Made by a program: the position numbers and the translations under genes. The notes under the pieces are model-generated. The model made no database searches and had not been told where the DNA came from. It saw nothing but the letters and a program-made list of their open reading frames with translations. From a virus (Duplodnaviria; Caudoviricetes), in IMG/VR virus record IMGVR_UViG_3300047447_000196, positions 1 through 64,000 of that record: a stretch of DNA of 64,000 bases. One strand, 5' to 3'. Each line of letters opens with the position of its first letter. Within the stretch, counting starts at the first letter, position 1. Of this stretch, positions 16,769 through 26,176 are shown in pieces.

Positions 16769-17229
16769 ACGTATTGTTTTTTGACATCGACGGCGTCGTG
16801 AATTCCGAGCGCAGCAGCCTGGGGCTGGGCGGCTACCCGCACAGCTTCGCCGAGACCGACATGCCCAAGTTCGACCACGTCGCCGTGGGCCTGATCCGCA
16901 GGCTGTGCCGCGTGACCAAGACGCAGATCGTGCTGTCGTCCACCTGGCGCATGTACCACACGCCGGGGCAGGTATCCGAGGCGCTGGACCTGCCGGTGAT
17001 CGACAGGACGGCGGACCACGGCAGCTACGACACGCGGGGCAGCGAGATCGCGGCCTGGCTCGCCGAGCATCCCGAGGTCGAGGCCTACGCGATCGTCGAC
17101 GACGTGCCGGTCTGCGACGGGCATCCCGACCTGCAGGCGCGCTTCGTGCAGACCAACCCGATGACCGGCCTGTCTCTCGACGACTATCGCCAGCTGCGCC
17201 ACCTGCTCGCCCCGGAGTGCTACGAATGA
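16765..17229 (+). CDS. HAD-family phosphatase (HAD_SAK-like)
   Basis: VLFFDIDGVVN, IVLSSTWR, RGSEIAAWL, YAIVDD. Confidence 0.8.
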   Translation: MNVLFFDIDGVVNSERSSLGLGGYPHSFAETDMPKFDHVAVGLIRRLCRVTKTQIVLSSTWRMYHTPGQVSEALDLPVIDRTADHGSYDTRGSEIAAWLAEHPEVEAYAIVDDVPVCDGHPDLQARFVQTNPMTGLSLDDYRQLRHLLAPECYE

Positions 17230-17495
17230 ACTACGCTGATCACCTGCCCAATGGCTGGGCCAAAATCGCACAACAACTGCAAGAGCGGCTGGAACCGTTC
17301 GTGGCTGCAGGAGGGCGTGTCTTGCAGGTCAAGGAAAAGTTCGGCGGCCTGCGCGTCTACACCGTAGGCCACGATGTGCCCGACCTGGACGACCTGTACG
17401 AGGCCGCCGAACAGACCTGCGTGGAGTGCGGCGCACCAGGCACCATGAGCACCCGGCACGGCTGGGTCAGCCCCCGCTGCGAGGAGCACACATGA
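17226..17495 (+). CDS. Phage hypothetical protein
   Basis: QVKEKFGGLRVY...CVECGAPG...RCEEH. Confidence 0.7.
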   Translation: MNYADHLPNGWAKIAQQLQERLEPFVAAGGRVLQVKEKFGGLRVYTVGHDVPDLDDLYEAAEQTCVECGAPGTMSTRHGWVSPRCEEHT

Positions 17496-17761
17496 CGAGC
17501 CGCGCCATCGACGCCCACTACGACGCCGACTACGTGCTGACCGACGCCGACCGCGAGCGCGGCGCGGTGAAGATCGACCCGTACTTCGTGGCGCTGCAGT
17601 GGAGGACCGGGACCAGGGACCCGTCGGGCGTCCTGTTCCACCTGCTCAAGACCATCGCCCGCTTCGGCGAGAAGAACAGCCGGGAGCGCGAGATCCGCGC
17701 CCTGTACAAGAGCCTGCTGCGCCTCGCTGCACTGGAAGGCGTGGAGCTGGATCATGAGTGA
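17492..17761 (+). CDS. Hypothetical protein
   Basis: ATGA-coupled ORF MTSRAIDAHY... Confidence 0.6.
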   Translation: MTSRAIDAHYDADYVLTDADRERGAVKIDPYFVALQWRTGTRDPSGVLFHLLKTIARFGEKNSREREIRALYKSLLRLAALEGVELDHE

Positions 17762-18062
17762 CCACGACTACCAGCGCGCCGTCATCGGGATGGGCGAGAT
17801 CCTGACCGGCGTGGTCAATGCCTGCCGGGGCGAGCCGCCCGAGGACTGTTCCTGGTCGACGCATGACGCTGCGGAGCTGGCCGGCAAGGCCGCGGCCGTG
17901 GCCAACGCGGCGCTGGCGGTCTACGGCCCTGATTCCGGTGACGCCGAGTCGGAGGCGTTCGTCCGCGCCCTGTACGACTGGCGTCTCGTGGTCGAGGACA
18001 CCATCAGGCAGCGCGCCGAGCTGGACGAGCTGCGCGAGAACCAGGGGAGACTGGAACCATGA
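17754..18062 (+). CDS. Hypothetical protein
   Basis: 102 aa, overlapping start/stop. Confidence 0.6.
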   Translation: MSDHDYQRAVIGMGEILTGVVNACRGEPPEDCSWSTHDAAELAGKAAAVANAALAVYGPDSGDAESEAFVRALYDWRLVVEDTIRQRAELDELRENQGRLEP

Positions 18063-18198
18063 CCAATCCGACCGCTCGCGCCCTTGCGACCGCTGCCATG
18101 GGCGGCAGCGCCGCACTCATTTCATTCGCCGCACCATCTGTCGCCATCATGGCCGTCATCGGCCTGGTGCTTGGCGTCTATTTCATCTGGGAGGGAGC

Positions 18199-18414
18199 AT
18201 GACCGACACCAACGAGAACATCCAGTTCGACCCCGAGAAGATCGCCAAGCTGCAACCGTGGAAGGCGTCCGACTACCTGAACACCGACGAGGAGATCGCG
18301 GCCTACCTGGAAGCCGTGCTGGACGAGCCGGACGGCGATCCCGAGAAAGAGGTGCTGATGCTGTGCAGCGTGCTGCGCGACGTGATCGCCGCACTCAGGA
18401 AGCGCCAGGCATGA
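18199..18414 (+). CDS. HI1420-type antitoxin N-terminal-like fragment (no HTH)
   Basis: PWKASDYLNTDEEIAAYLEAVLDE..GD. Confidence 0.5.
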   Translation: MTDTNENIQFDPEKIAKLQPWKASDYLNTDEEIAAYLEAVLDEPDGDPEKEVLMLCSVLRDVIAALRKRQA

Positions 18415-18671
18415 AGCCCGACGAACCGATCCTGAAGGAGGGCGACGTCGTCCAGCTCTCGCCGCGCGTCGGCAACCCGATGTTCGCCTGCTGCATGATG
18501 ACCGTCACCGAACCCAAGGCCTGGGGAGCGCAGGGCTACGTCCAGATGACCGGCGAGCACGGCCAGCCCGGCGGGCAGGCGTTCTACCGCGCCAAGTGGG
18601 ACGAGATGGAGTACGTCGGCCAGTGTGTGTGGATACGGGGCCGCGGCGACGAGGACGAGGTCGGGCAGTGA
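18411..18671 (+). CDS. Hypothetical protein
   Basis: MKPDEPILKEGDVVQL..., coupled. Confidence 0.6.
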   Translation: MKPDEPILKEGDVVQLSPRVGNPMFACCMMTVTEPKAWGAQGYVQMTGEHGQPGGQAFYRAKWDEMEYVGQCVWIRGRGDEDEVGQ

Positions 18672-18871
18672 GCGATCCGACCCTGGTCTACGTGCCCAGC
18701 GGTCTGCCGCGCCGTTACTGCACCGAGGACAGCCCCATGCAGATGCCGGACAAGGACGCCTACCAGTGGGGGCATCCTGACGCCGGCCGCATCCGCGCCT
18801 TCTTCAACCTTGCCATCTACCAGTGCCCGCACTGCGGGCTGACCTTCCACGCACCGGAGAGACCACAATGA
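18668..18871 (+). CDS. Small hypothetical protein with CxxC
   Basis: ...YQCPHCGLTF; GTGA overlap. Confidence 0.55.
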   Translation: MSDPTLVYVPSGLPRRYCTEDSPMQMPDKDAYQWGHPDAGRIRAFFNLAIYQCPHCGLTFHAPERPQ

Positions 18872-19101
18872 GCAAGCCCATGCAGCGCGCAGTACCCTAT
18901 ATCCCGTTCCTCGAGTTCCTGGCCGAGGCGGGCTGCGAGTCCGACGAGGATCTGGTCGAGCTGATGGACGGCATCGCCGACACGCTCGGCGACATGTTCG
19001 GCTTCCAGAGCGACCGCTACGAAGCGGTGGAACGCTTCGTCACCCGCCTGCAGGCAGCTGCGGATGCGGCAGCGCTGAGCCAGTCCATGGCGAAGAACTG
19101 A
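18868..19101 (+). CDS. Hypothetical protein
   Basis: MSKPMQRAVP..., coupled. Confidence 0.55.
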   Translation: MSKPMQRAVPYIPFLEFLAEAGCESDEDLVELMDGIADTLGDMFGFQSDRYEAVERFVTRLQAAADAAALSQSMAKN

Positions 19102-19131
19102 CCCACTGCACGCCGAACCGAGGAATCGAGC

Positions 19132-19362
19132 ATGAACACCTGGAACTACCGCGTCGTCCGCTCGACCCTGATCCATCAGGGCGTTCGCTACGAGTCCTAC
19201 GCCGTCCATGAAGCGTACTACGACACGCCGCTCGAATCGCCGCACTCGATCATGGAACGCCCGGTGACGACCAGCTTCGACAGCGTGGACGATCTGCGCA
19301 GCGGCCTGACGAAGATGCTGGCCAGCCTGGACAAGCCGACCCTGAACTACGAGGACTTCTGA
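19132..19362 (+). CDS. Phage hypothetical protein
   Basis: MNTWNYRVV...YAVHEAYYD; GAGGA RBS. Confidence 0.7.
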   Translation: MNTWNYRVVRSTLIHQGVRYESYAVHEAYYDTPLESPHSIMERPVTTSFDSVDDLRSGLTKMLASLDKPTLNYEDF

Positions 19363-19364
19363 GC

Positions 19365-19718
19365 ATGGCCCGACTGACCGCCGACCAGCTCGACGACCTG
19401 ACCGACCGCTGGCATGCCGGCGAAGGTGAGGGCCAGTCGCTGCGGGAGTTCCTGGGCATGTCCCGGATCGAGTACGCCGTCTACGTCCTGCACGGCATCG
19501 CGCCGGGGTCCAGGGTCCTGAGCCGCAACCTGCGGGAGGGGCAGTTCATGGGCCGATCCTCGGGCAAGGCGGTGCGGCACTGGGCACCGTTCCTTCCGAC
19601 ACCGCAGGCACCGTTCGCTCGGGCCTTCCACCGGGGCCAGCTTGCGCGGCAGGATGCGCGGCAGCGTGGCGTCGAGCTGGAAGTGACCCGCATGGCAGAC
19701 CAGCAGGGGGCGTCATGA
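19365..19718 (+). CDS. Hypothetical protein
   Basis: RWHAG...SLREFLGMSRIEYAVYV. Confidence 0.55.
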   Translation: MARLTADQLDDLTDRWHAGEGEGQSLREFLGMSRIEYAVYVLHGIAPGSRVLSRNLREGQFMGRSSGKAVRHWAPFLPTPQAPFARAFHRGQLARQDARQRGVELEVTRMADQQGAS

Positions 19719-19972
19719 CTAGCCGCCGGCAGCGTGACGGCTGGTACGTTGGTGCTGTGTGTGGTCGGCATGTCCGTCGCCGTACCTTGCTGCCTGCCCT
19801 GATGCTCGGCGACACCGAGTTGTTCCCCGAGTCGGTGCCGATGGTGGACAACGGGATCGCTTGGCTGACGCTGGTGCAGCGCGGCGTCACCCTGCTCCCG
19901 ATCCCGAGACGCTTCCGCTACCGGACCAAGACCATGCAGTGCGAGGTGCGGGTCGAGGTGGCGGACGACTGA
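19715..19972 (+). CDS. Hypothetical protein
   Basis: 85 aa, coupled. Confidence 0.5.
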   Translation: MTSRRQRDGWYVGAVCGRHVRRRTLLPALMLGDTELFPESVPMVDNGIAWLTLVQRGVTLLPIPRRFRYRTKTMQCEVRVEVADD

Positions 19973-20072
19973 CGTAGAAACGCCCCCAGCACTTAGCAAG
20001 CACCGGAGGCGTTGATCGCCCCCACCACCTACGGCAATGAGAGCGCCCCGAACGGGGTCCAGTGTAACCCGG

Positions 20073-20639
20073 TCACGCTGTCCCATCAAGGTAGCGGTAC
20101 AGGGCGGTCCTGCTGATGCCGTACTCCCTGGCCAGCGAGGACTTGCAGATCGCCGGATCGGCAGCGCGTAGCCGCAGCTCCTGCGCCTGGGCACCGTTCA
20201 GGGTCGGCTTCCTGCCCTTGTACACGCCCTTTTGCTTCGCCAGGGCGATCCCCTCGGCCTGCCGCTCACGGATCAAGGCCCGCTCGAACTGCGCCATTGC
20301 GCCCAGCATCGTCAGCAGCAGCATGTTCATGGGGCTGGCCTCGCCCGAGAAGGTGAGGGCCTGCTTGGTGAACACCACCGTGATGCCGTCCTGGGTCAGA
20401 CGCTCGACCAACTGCAGGAGATCCACCGTGTTCCTGGCCAGCCGGTCCATCGAGTGCACGTAGAGCGTGTCGCCTTCGCGGATGTAGTCGAGCATGGCCT
20501 TGAGTGCGGGCCGGTTGGTGTTGCAGCCGCTGCACTTGTCCTCGAAGGTCTTGTCCAGCTCGATCCCGTCCAGCTGGCGCTCGGTGTTCTGGTCCACGCT
20601 CGACACGCGGACATAGCCGATGGTCTTGCCCTTGTTCAT
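20073..20639 (-). CDS. Serine recombinase (resolvase/invertase family) with C-terminal HTH
   Basis: IGYVRVSSVDQN, GDTLYVHSMDRLARN, AQFERALIRERQAEGIALAK..YKGRKP, GISRTALYRY. Confidence 0.95.
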   Translation of the reverse strand: MNKGKTIGYVRVSSVDQNTERQLDGIELDKTFEDKCSGCNTNRPALKAMLDYIREGDTLYVHSMDRLARNTVDLLQLVERLTQDGITVVFTKQALTFSGEASPMNMLLLTMLGAMAQFERALIRERQAEGIALAKQKGVYKGRKPTLNGAQAQELRLRAADPAICKSSLAREYGISRTALYRYLDGTA

Positions 20640-20647
20640 GGCCTGCT

Positions 20648-20775
20648 CCTCTCAACGGTGATGTGTACCGTTTGAGACTAGACCATTGGGCGTATATGTC
20701 AAGGTGACTCGTGCACCCACCCTATTGATACGGATCTGACTGGTGCTCGACCGTGTCCGTATGGGTCTACCCTAT
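20648..20775. promoter_or_regulatory. Candidate res site upstream of resolvase
   Basis: Lower-GC intergenic with imperfect inverted repeat TCTCAACGGT...ACCGTTTGAGA and further partial dyads; the usual position for res. Confidence 0.5.
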
Positions 20776-20966
20776 CTGAGCAGGCCCCAGCGCCGCAGGT
20801 GATCCAGCTTGGCCCTGGCCAGCCTGAGCCGGCGGGCCACCACCTCGCGGGCCGCTTCCAGCTCGACGGCGGTCACGGCCACCTCGACGCTGTGGATGCC
20901 ACGCACCATGCGGTAGTAGACCAGACGCCCATCCTGGCGCTTCTCGTTGCGGATCTCCATGCTCAC
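20772..20966 (-). CDS. Hypothetical protein
   Basis: 64 aa, coupled to terL stop. Confidence 0.5.
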   Translation of the reverse strand: MSMEIRNEKRQDGRLVYYRMVRGIHSVEVAVTAVELEAAREVVARRLRLARAKLDHLRRWGLLR

Positions 20967-22579
20967 ACCCCGTCGGCGTAGGTCTCGGGTTCCAGCGCCC
21001 GCTCGTCGATGATGATCGGCGGCACCGGCGACATGTCGTAGATCCGGCTCACCGCGTCGATCAGGTCCTTCTTCGAGCTGAACGGGTAGGTCAGGTATTC
21101 TTCGAGGAAACCTTTGTTGAGGCTGTAGATGTTCCCCTCGTGATCCCTGCGCTGCACCGGCTTGAAGATGCGGAAGCCCTGGCCCTGTTCCCTGATGCGC
21201 TTCTGGTTGGCGGTCTCGCCCGTCACCACGGCGGCCATATAGAAGCGGCGGCTGATGAAGTCGGGCTGCAGCCTCTGGACCCTGTCGTCCTTGGCCTGGG
21301 CACCGTCGCTGGTCCAGTTCAGTTCGAGGATCTCGAAGGCGTCCTTGTCGCGGGTCATCTGCTCCTCGAAATATTCGAGGTCCGCCTGCATCCCGTAACG
21401 CTCATAGCCGAGGTAGACGGCCTGCACGCCCGGCTGGGCCATCCAGTACCGGCGCAGGCCTTTCAGGGCCTCCCAGCGCTCTCTGAGGCCCATCTTGTGG
21501 CGGTAGCCGTCCAGCAGGTACTTGTTGCCGCCGCTGTCGATCCCGACCACGGCCATCGCGGTGTTATCGGACCCCTTCTTCTTGCTGTGCGCCGGGTCGC
21601 ACATGATGTAGACGTTGAGCGTGGCCGGGCGGATGTCCAGGAACGAGAGCCATTCCTTCTTGAACATCGCCTCATTGCCCGCTGCCGGGTTCATCAATTG
21701 CTGACACGCAATCGTGGCCGGCCCCTGCGCGAGCTTCTTGTCGGTCCAGGCCTGCTGGGTCAGGAACACAGGGCGCCCGTCGGGGGTGCCGTCATGCGTG
21801 GCCGGGTACAGGCGCACCTTGAGGATCTTGCGGTCGATGATCTCCTGGTAGGTGTCCATGTAGCTGTAGCGGGTGCCGACGTGCCATGCCCGGATGCGCC
21901 CGTCCTCGCCGCGTGCGCCCAGGTTGTCCGAGAGTTCCCAGGCCGTGGTCGTCTTGTTGACCTGATCCGGGGTGCTGACGGACTCGCGCGTGACCACGTC
22001 ATCGTAGACGCGCAGCAGAAAGTGCGCGCCGGTCGGCTGGCCGTCCACCAGGCCGTGCGCCTCGACCGTGGCCTCCTTCGGGTTGCTCTTGCGCTTGACC
22101 ACGATGCCCTTCTCCTCGCTCCACTTGGGCGACTGGCCGCGTGGATCGCTGTAGAAGATGTCGGGGTAGACGCTTTGCAGGTCGCGGTTCGCTTCCAGCT
22201 CCTGCTTGATCTGCAACAGGAACTTGCGGGCCACCGGCTTGGTGTGCGAGAAGATGCCGACCGTGACTTCCGGGTTCTGGATGATCTCGTGGATGATGCC
22301 CGCGAAGGTGATGACGGTCGATTTGTAGTGCTCGCGCGCCCACAGGTCCAGGCACCCATCGGGTTCGGCCTCGACCTCGCGGCAGCGCGCGTAGATCCAC
22401 GGATGGATCGCATCGAGCCGGTGCAGCAGGCGGGTCAACAGATAGAACCTGTCATGCCTGCCCAGCCATGCCTTGCCCTCGATGCCGTAGCGCGTCTCGA
22501 CCAGCTCCCACAGGTCCGCCACCGCGTCAAACGGGGCGCTGTGCAGCGTGTCGCGGAACTCGTCAGGCAGGGTCAGCAT
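20963..22579 (-). CDS. terL: Terminase large subunit
   Basis: WAREHYKS (Walker A variant), VYDDVV (Walker B), GTRY, CDPA, YERYGMQ, DLIDAVSR. Confidence 0.9.
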   Translation of the reverse strand: MLTLPDEFRDTLHSAPFDAVADLWELVETRYGIEGKAWLGRHDRFYLLTRLLHRLDAIHPWIYARCREVEAEPDGCLDLWAREHYKSTVITFAGIIHEIIQNPEVTVGIFSHTKPVARKFLLQIKQELEANRDLQSVYPDIFYSDPRGQSPKWSEEKGIVVKRKSNPKEATVEAHGLVDGQPTGAHFLLRVYDDVVTRESVSTPDQVNKTTTAWELSDNLGARGEDGRIRAWHVGTRYSYMDTYQEIIDRKILKVRLYPATHDGTPDGRPVFLTQQAWTDKKLAQGPATIACQQLMNPAAGNEAMFKKEWLSFLDIRPATLNVYIMCDPAHSKKKGSDNTAMAVVGIDSGGNKYLLDGYRHKMGLRERWEALKGLRRYWMAQPGVQAVYLGYERYGMQADLEYFEEQMTRDKDAFEILELNWTSDGAQAKDDRVQRLQPDFISRRFYMAAVVTGETANQKRIREQGQGFRIFKPVQRRDHEGNIYSLNKGFLEEYLTYPFSSKKDLIDAVSRIYDMSPVPPIIIDERALEPETYADGV

Positions 22580-23120
22580 CGGGCGCTGGCGCTCCTACGG
22601 GCTGTTGCAGGCGCTTCTTGAAGGCGGCGCGCAGTTCGGCGAAGCCGTCCGACACTTCGACCGTCACGTTGGTGTCGCCCTCGCCCGGATCGTCCAGCTC
22701 GCGGATCTTCCTGATCGTCTCCACCGCGATCTTGTTGGCCTCGACGATGGTCTTGACATCCTTGGGGTGATCGACGCTGTCCACCATCGTGAGCAGCTTG
22801 CCCATGCTCTTGCGCGCCACAGCCAGGCCGGTGTTCATGTCCTGTACGTCCTGGGTGGCCTCATCCAGTTGGATTTGACGAACCGCTTCGTCATTCGTCA
22901 GGTCGTTCGTCACGGCCTCGTCAGTCAGTGACATGCCTGCCATTGCTTCCCGGACAAGTTCCCGCTTAACATCACTGCTCCCCTTGATCCAGCCTTCCCG
23001 CTTGGCATAGCGGCGCAAGGTCGGTTCGGGGATGCCGTGCTTGGTGGCCAGCGCATTGATGCTGTACCCACCTGCCGCGTAGTCGAGCGCCGCAGCACTG
23101 AAATCGTATTGAGTGGTCAT
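22563..23120 (-). CDS. terS: Terminase small subunit
   Basis: N-terminal HTH (YSINALATKHGIPEPTLRRYAKREGW), overlaps the terL start. Confidence 0.75.
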   Translation of the reverse strand: MTTQYDFSAAALDYAAGGYSINALATKHGIPEPTLRRYAKREGWIKGSSDVKRELVREAMAGMSLTDEAVTNDLTNDEAVRQIQLDEATQDVQDMNTGLAVARKSMGKLLTMVDSVDHPKDVKTIVEANKIAVETIRKIRELDDPGEGDTNVTVEVSDGFAELRAAFKKRLQQPVGAPAPDADPA

Positions 23121-23256
23121 GAGCTGTGTCCTTTGTGCATGTGTGACGGCATGCGCAATTGTGCGCCACTATGTAGCATCATGCTATATACTATTTGTAT
23201 GGGCCTGTGCGCCTACCTGTCCTCAAGTTACTCAACCATATCGAAAGGGTCAGATC

Positions 23257-23457
23257 GTGAAACACAAGGTGAAGAAGTTAGATGATGGTGACTTTGAATA
23301 TCGCGGTGTCGAATTCACCCGCGTTGATCGCTTGCGCGGGTATAGCGATCACTACCGCACCTGCCGCAAGGTCAACGGTGTGCCGGTCGTTGCCGCGACC
23401 CGCCGCGAACTGCTGGCTGCGATAGACCGCAACCTCGATGGCGAGGGGGCCTTATGA
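23257..23457 (+). CDS. Hypothetical protein
   Basis: GTG start, first gene of plus-strand block. Confidence 0.5.
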   Translation: MKHKVKKLDDGDFEYRGVEFTRVDRLRGYSDHYRTCRKVNGVPVVAATRRELLAAIDRNLDGEGAL

Positions 23458-23654
23458 AAAAGGCTTCCGTCTTCATTTGTGCGCGCTGCGGCCTCCCGGT
23501 CACAGCATGGCGCGACGGCTGGAAGCACTGCGCGAACAGGCACGGCGCATCGTGCGGGAAGCCTCCACACGTCATCCGGCGTGATGACCCGCGTGATGAC
23601 TCCACCGAGGCGGCGCTTGCCGCTGCCCTAGGCCGGACCAACAAGCAACCCTAA
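23454..23654 (+). CDS. Small CxxC protein
   Basis: CARCG...WKHC. Confidence 0.5.
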   Translation: MKKASVFICARCGLPVTAWRDGWKHCANRHGASCGKPPHVIRRDDPRDDSTEAALAAALGRTNKQP

Positions 23655-23693
23655 GCGCCGCCCCAGCGGGCTTTGTATGGAAAGGAGCTACCG

Positions 23694-24194
23694 ATGAGCA
23701 AGACCAACGTAGTCGCGTTCCCCGAGGCGCAGCCGCGCCAGGACACCCGCCGGCAGCGCGAGGATGCGACCATCCGCCGCGCCCTGTGCATCCTGTCGAA
23801 CCGCATGCGCCAGCCCGGCCCGGCGATCAACAGCCCTGCCACGGCGCGCAGCTATGTGCGCCTGTACGCGGGTGAGCTGGAACATGAAGTCTTCTTGGTG
23901 CTGTTCCTCGACGCGAAGCACTGCCTGATCGCGCGTGAGGAGATGTTCCGGGGCACCCTGGTCCAGACCAGCGTCTACCCGCGCGAGGTCGTCAAGGCGG
24001 CGCTGGCCCATAACGCGGCGGCGGTCGTGCTGGCCCATAACCATCCATCGGGCAGGCCTGAGCCAAGCGAGGCCGACAAGTTGCTCACCCGCGCGCTGTC
24101 GCAGGCCCTGGCCCTGATCGACGTGCGCGTGCTGGACCACATCATCGTCACCGCTTCCGACTCGTATTCTTTTGCCGACCACGGCCTCATCTGA
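23694..24194 (+). CDS. radC: RadC/JAB-domain protein
   Basis: EVFLVLFLD...FRGTL...[24 protein letters not shown]...PSEAD...VLDHIIV. Confidence 0.92.
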   Translation: MSKTNVVAFPEAQPRQDTRRQREDATIRRALCILSNRMRQPGPAINSPATARSYVRLYAGELEHEVFLVLFLDAKHCLIAREEMFRGTLVQTSVYPREVVKAALAHNAAAVVLAHNHPSGRPEPSEADKLLTRALSQALALIDVRVLDHIIVTASDSYSFADHGLI

Positions 24195-24206
24195 AAGGAG
24201 ATCGTC

Positions 24207-25118
24207 ATGCTACAGAAACCGCTTGTCGCCGCCCTACGCGACATCATCAGCAGTTCCGACGCCAACGACGGCGATTCGCTCGCCGAAGCGATCCAGCAGG
24301 CCCGCAAGCTGGTCGAGAACCCGCCAGCCTACGACACCGATCAGGCAATACTCGACAACTTCATCAGCGCCCTGGCCGATCTCGGCTTTGGTGACGACGA
24401 CGCGCCGGTCAACGGCGGCGATTGCGTGGACGCGATCTGCGAGTATTGGGACCGGCTGGCACCCCTGGCCTCGGAGTGGCCGCTGCCGCCCGAGCTGGCC
24501 CAGGTGCGCACCGGGCTGACCGTGGGCACCCGCGTGCTCTCCATCGAGGGCGAGACCTCGGACACCGACCACGGCGAGCGCCACACCGGCCCCAACGCGA
24601 TTGGCACCATCACCGGGATCGACGACACCGTCGAGCATGGGATCTGCTTGGCGTTCGAGCCTTCCGGCGTGTCGGTGCGGCTGTCCTGCGCCGAGCTGGC
24701 GGACGACCTGAAATACGAGATCGACCCGGAGACCTACTACCTGAGCCGCGAGGACGTTGTCGAAGTGGTCGAGCGCATGCTGGGCCACGAGGGGAATCAC
24801 GAGCTGGCCGCGCGCGTGGTGGCGAACATGATCGAACAGGGGCAGGTCGAGCACAGCGAACGCGGGTACATGATCGAGCGCGACACCAACGTGTTCGAGA
24901 TCGCTGCGGACCTCAAGGACGGCCCCTACCCTGCGCATCTGGCCCGCGCCGACCATCTGCTCAGCGCCCACGAGCTGCGCGTGAAGTACGGCACCCGCAA
25001 CGGTGGCGGCGAGCATCCGCGCTACCTGCGCAAGCACTGGCGCAACCATGTCGCAATCGAATCCACGATCCTGGGCTACTGGCCGTGGGTCGAGGAACAG
25101 CTTGCACAAGAGGACTGA
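24207..25118 (+). CDS. Mosaic hypothetical protein
   Basis: 303 aa, AAGGAG RBS. Confidence 0.7.
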   Translation: MLQKPLVAALRDIISSSDANDGDSLAEAIQQARKLVENPPAYDTDQAILDNFISALADLGFGDDDAPVNGGDCVDAICEYWDRLAPLASEWPLPPELAQVRTGLTVGTRVLSIEGETSDTDHGERHTGPNAIGTITGIDDTVEHGICLAFEPSGVSVRLSCAELADDLKYEIDPETYYLSREDVVEVVERMLGHEGNHELAARVVANMIEQGQVEHSERGYMIERDTNVFEIAADLKDGPYPAHLARADHLLSAHELRVKYGTRNGGGEHPRYLRKHWRNHVAIESTILGYWPWVEEQLAQED

Positions 25119-25190
25119 GCCAGTCTGAGCGCCTTGTACGCAGCGCGCTCAGGCGGGGGCCGTCCCCGATTACCTGCAGGAGAGCCGAAC
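25119..25190 (+). repeat. Structured leader repeat copy 1
   Basis: GCCAGT + hairpin CTGAGCGC/GCGCTCAG + hairpin CGGGG/CCCCG + AGGAG RBS. Confidence 0.75.
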
Positions 25191-25637
25191 ATGCCCAAGA
25201 AAACCTACCGCGTGGTCCACAACGGGGTCGAGCACACCCGCAAGACCGACCGGACCTACACCCATGTGGTGCTGGTGCGCCGCGACTATCAGACCGAGCT
25301 GGCCGACACCGTCAAGGAAGCCCGCGAACGCGCCAGGAGGGAGCACGGCTATGCCGTCGAGCGCGCCAACCAGCCGCTGACCGGGCGTAGCTGGATGACC
25401 GCCGAGGATCTCGCCGAGGACGCGCGCATCGCGGGCCTGCCACTCGAACAGTACGAGGCCGAGGTGATCGAGAAAGCCTGCGCCTACGTCGAGACCCGGC
25501 GCGCGAAAGGCGTGTTCGACCAGCCCGGCCCGCTCACATGGTGCGGCAGGCCGGATCTGGCCGCGAAGGAAGAAGCCAACGCGCGCAAGTCCGGGTATTG
25601 GGCCGAGGTGGTCGTCGTCGAGGTGCCGCAACCCTGA
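25191..25637 (+). CDS. Hypothetical protein
   Basis: MPKKTYRVVHNG..., RBS. Confidence 0.7.
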   Translation: MPKKTYRVVHNGVEHTRKTDRTYTHVVLVRRDYQTELADTVKEARERARREHGYAVERANQPLTGRSWMTAEDLAEDARIAGLPLEQYEAEVIEKACAYVETRRAKGVFDQPGPLTWCGRPDLAAKEEANARKSGYWAEVVVVEVPQP

Positions 25638-25641
25638 CCAT

Positions 25642-25706
25642 GCCAGTCTCAGCGTCTCCGCAAGGGGGCGCTCAGGCGGGAATGGTCCCGACTACAGGAG
25701 GATGCC
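25642..25706 (+). repeat. Structured leader repeat copy 2
   Basis: GCCAGTCTCAGCGTCTCC-GCAA-GGGGGCGCTCAG-GCGGGA-ATGG-TCCCG...AGGAGG. Confidence 0.75.
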
Positions 25707-26174
25707 ATGACAACAACACCGCAAGATCCGCTGGCCGAGCTGCTGCGCGTGGTGAAGCAGTACGACGACGAGGAGATCAACCAGCCCGAAAGCTGCCCGA
25801 CCGGCACGGACTACAACAACCTGTTCTCGCTGGTCACGAGCTACATCGAGCGCGTGAACGCGCCGCTGCCCTCGACCGCGCCGAAGCAGGAGCCGCTTGC
25901 GCGGACCGTCTACGAGTGCCCGGACTGCGACTGGACCGGCACGATGGACCAGCTGAACCGCCTGAGCGAGATAGAGAACATCGACGAGCGTGTCGAACCC
26001 GGCGAGCTGGTCCCGGCTGGCTGCTGCCCTAACTGCGAGAGGCTGCTGCCAGTCGAGGATTGCAACGTTCCCCACCACACCCTGTACGAAGTCGGCCTGA
26101 TCATGCGCCAGCGTGGCTGGACCGTGACCGCACCCGCAGATTGCCCATCCCTTGATACCGTGAAAGGAGCCTGA
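25707..26174 (+). CDS. Hypothetical protein with CxxC motifs
   Basis: YECPDCDW...ERVEPGELVPAGCCPNC. Confidence 0.7.
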   Translation: MTTTPQDPLAELLRVVKQYDDEEINQPESCPTGTDYNNLFSLVTSYIERVNAPLPSTAPKQEPLARTVYECPDCDWTGTMDQLNRLSEIENIDERVEPGELVPAGCCPNCERLLPVEDCNVPHHTLYEVGLIMRQRGWTVTAPADCPSLDTVKGA

Positions 26175-26176
26175 CC

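Noticed and set aside
20963-22579. Intein or intron in terminase (also checked helicase and primase)
   Set aside because: ORFs are uninterrupted and of ordinary length, with no C1...HN intein motifs noticed.
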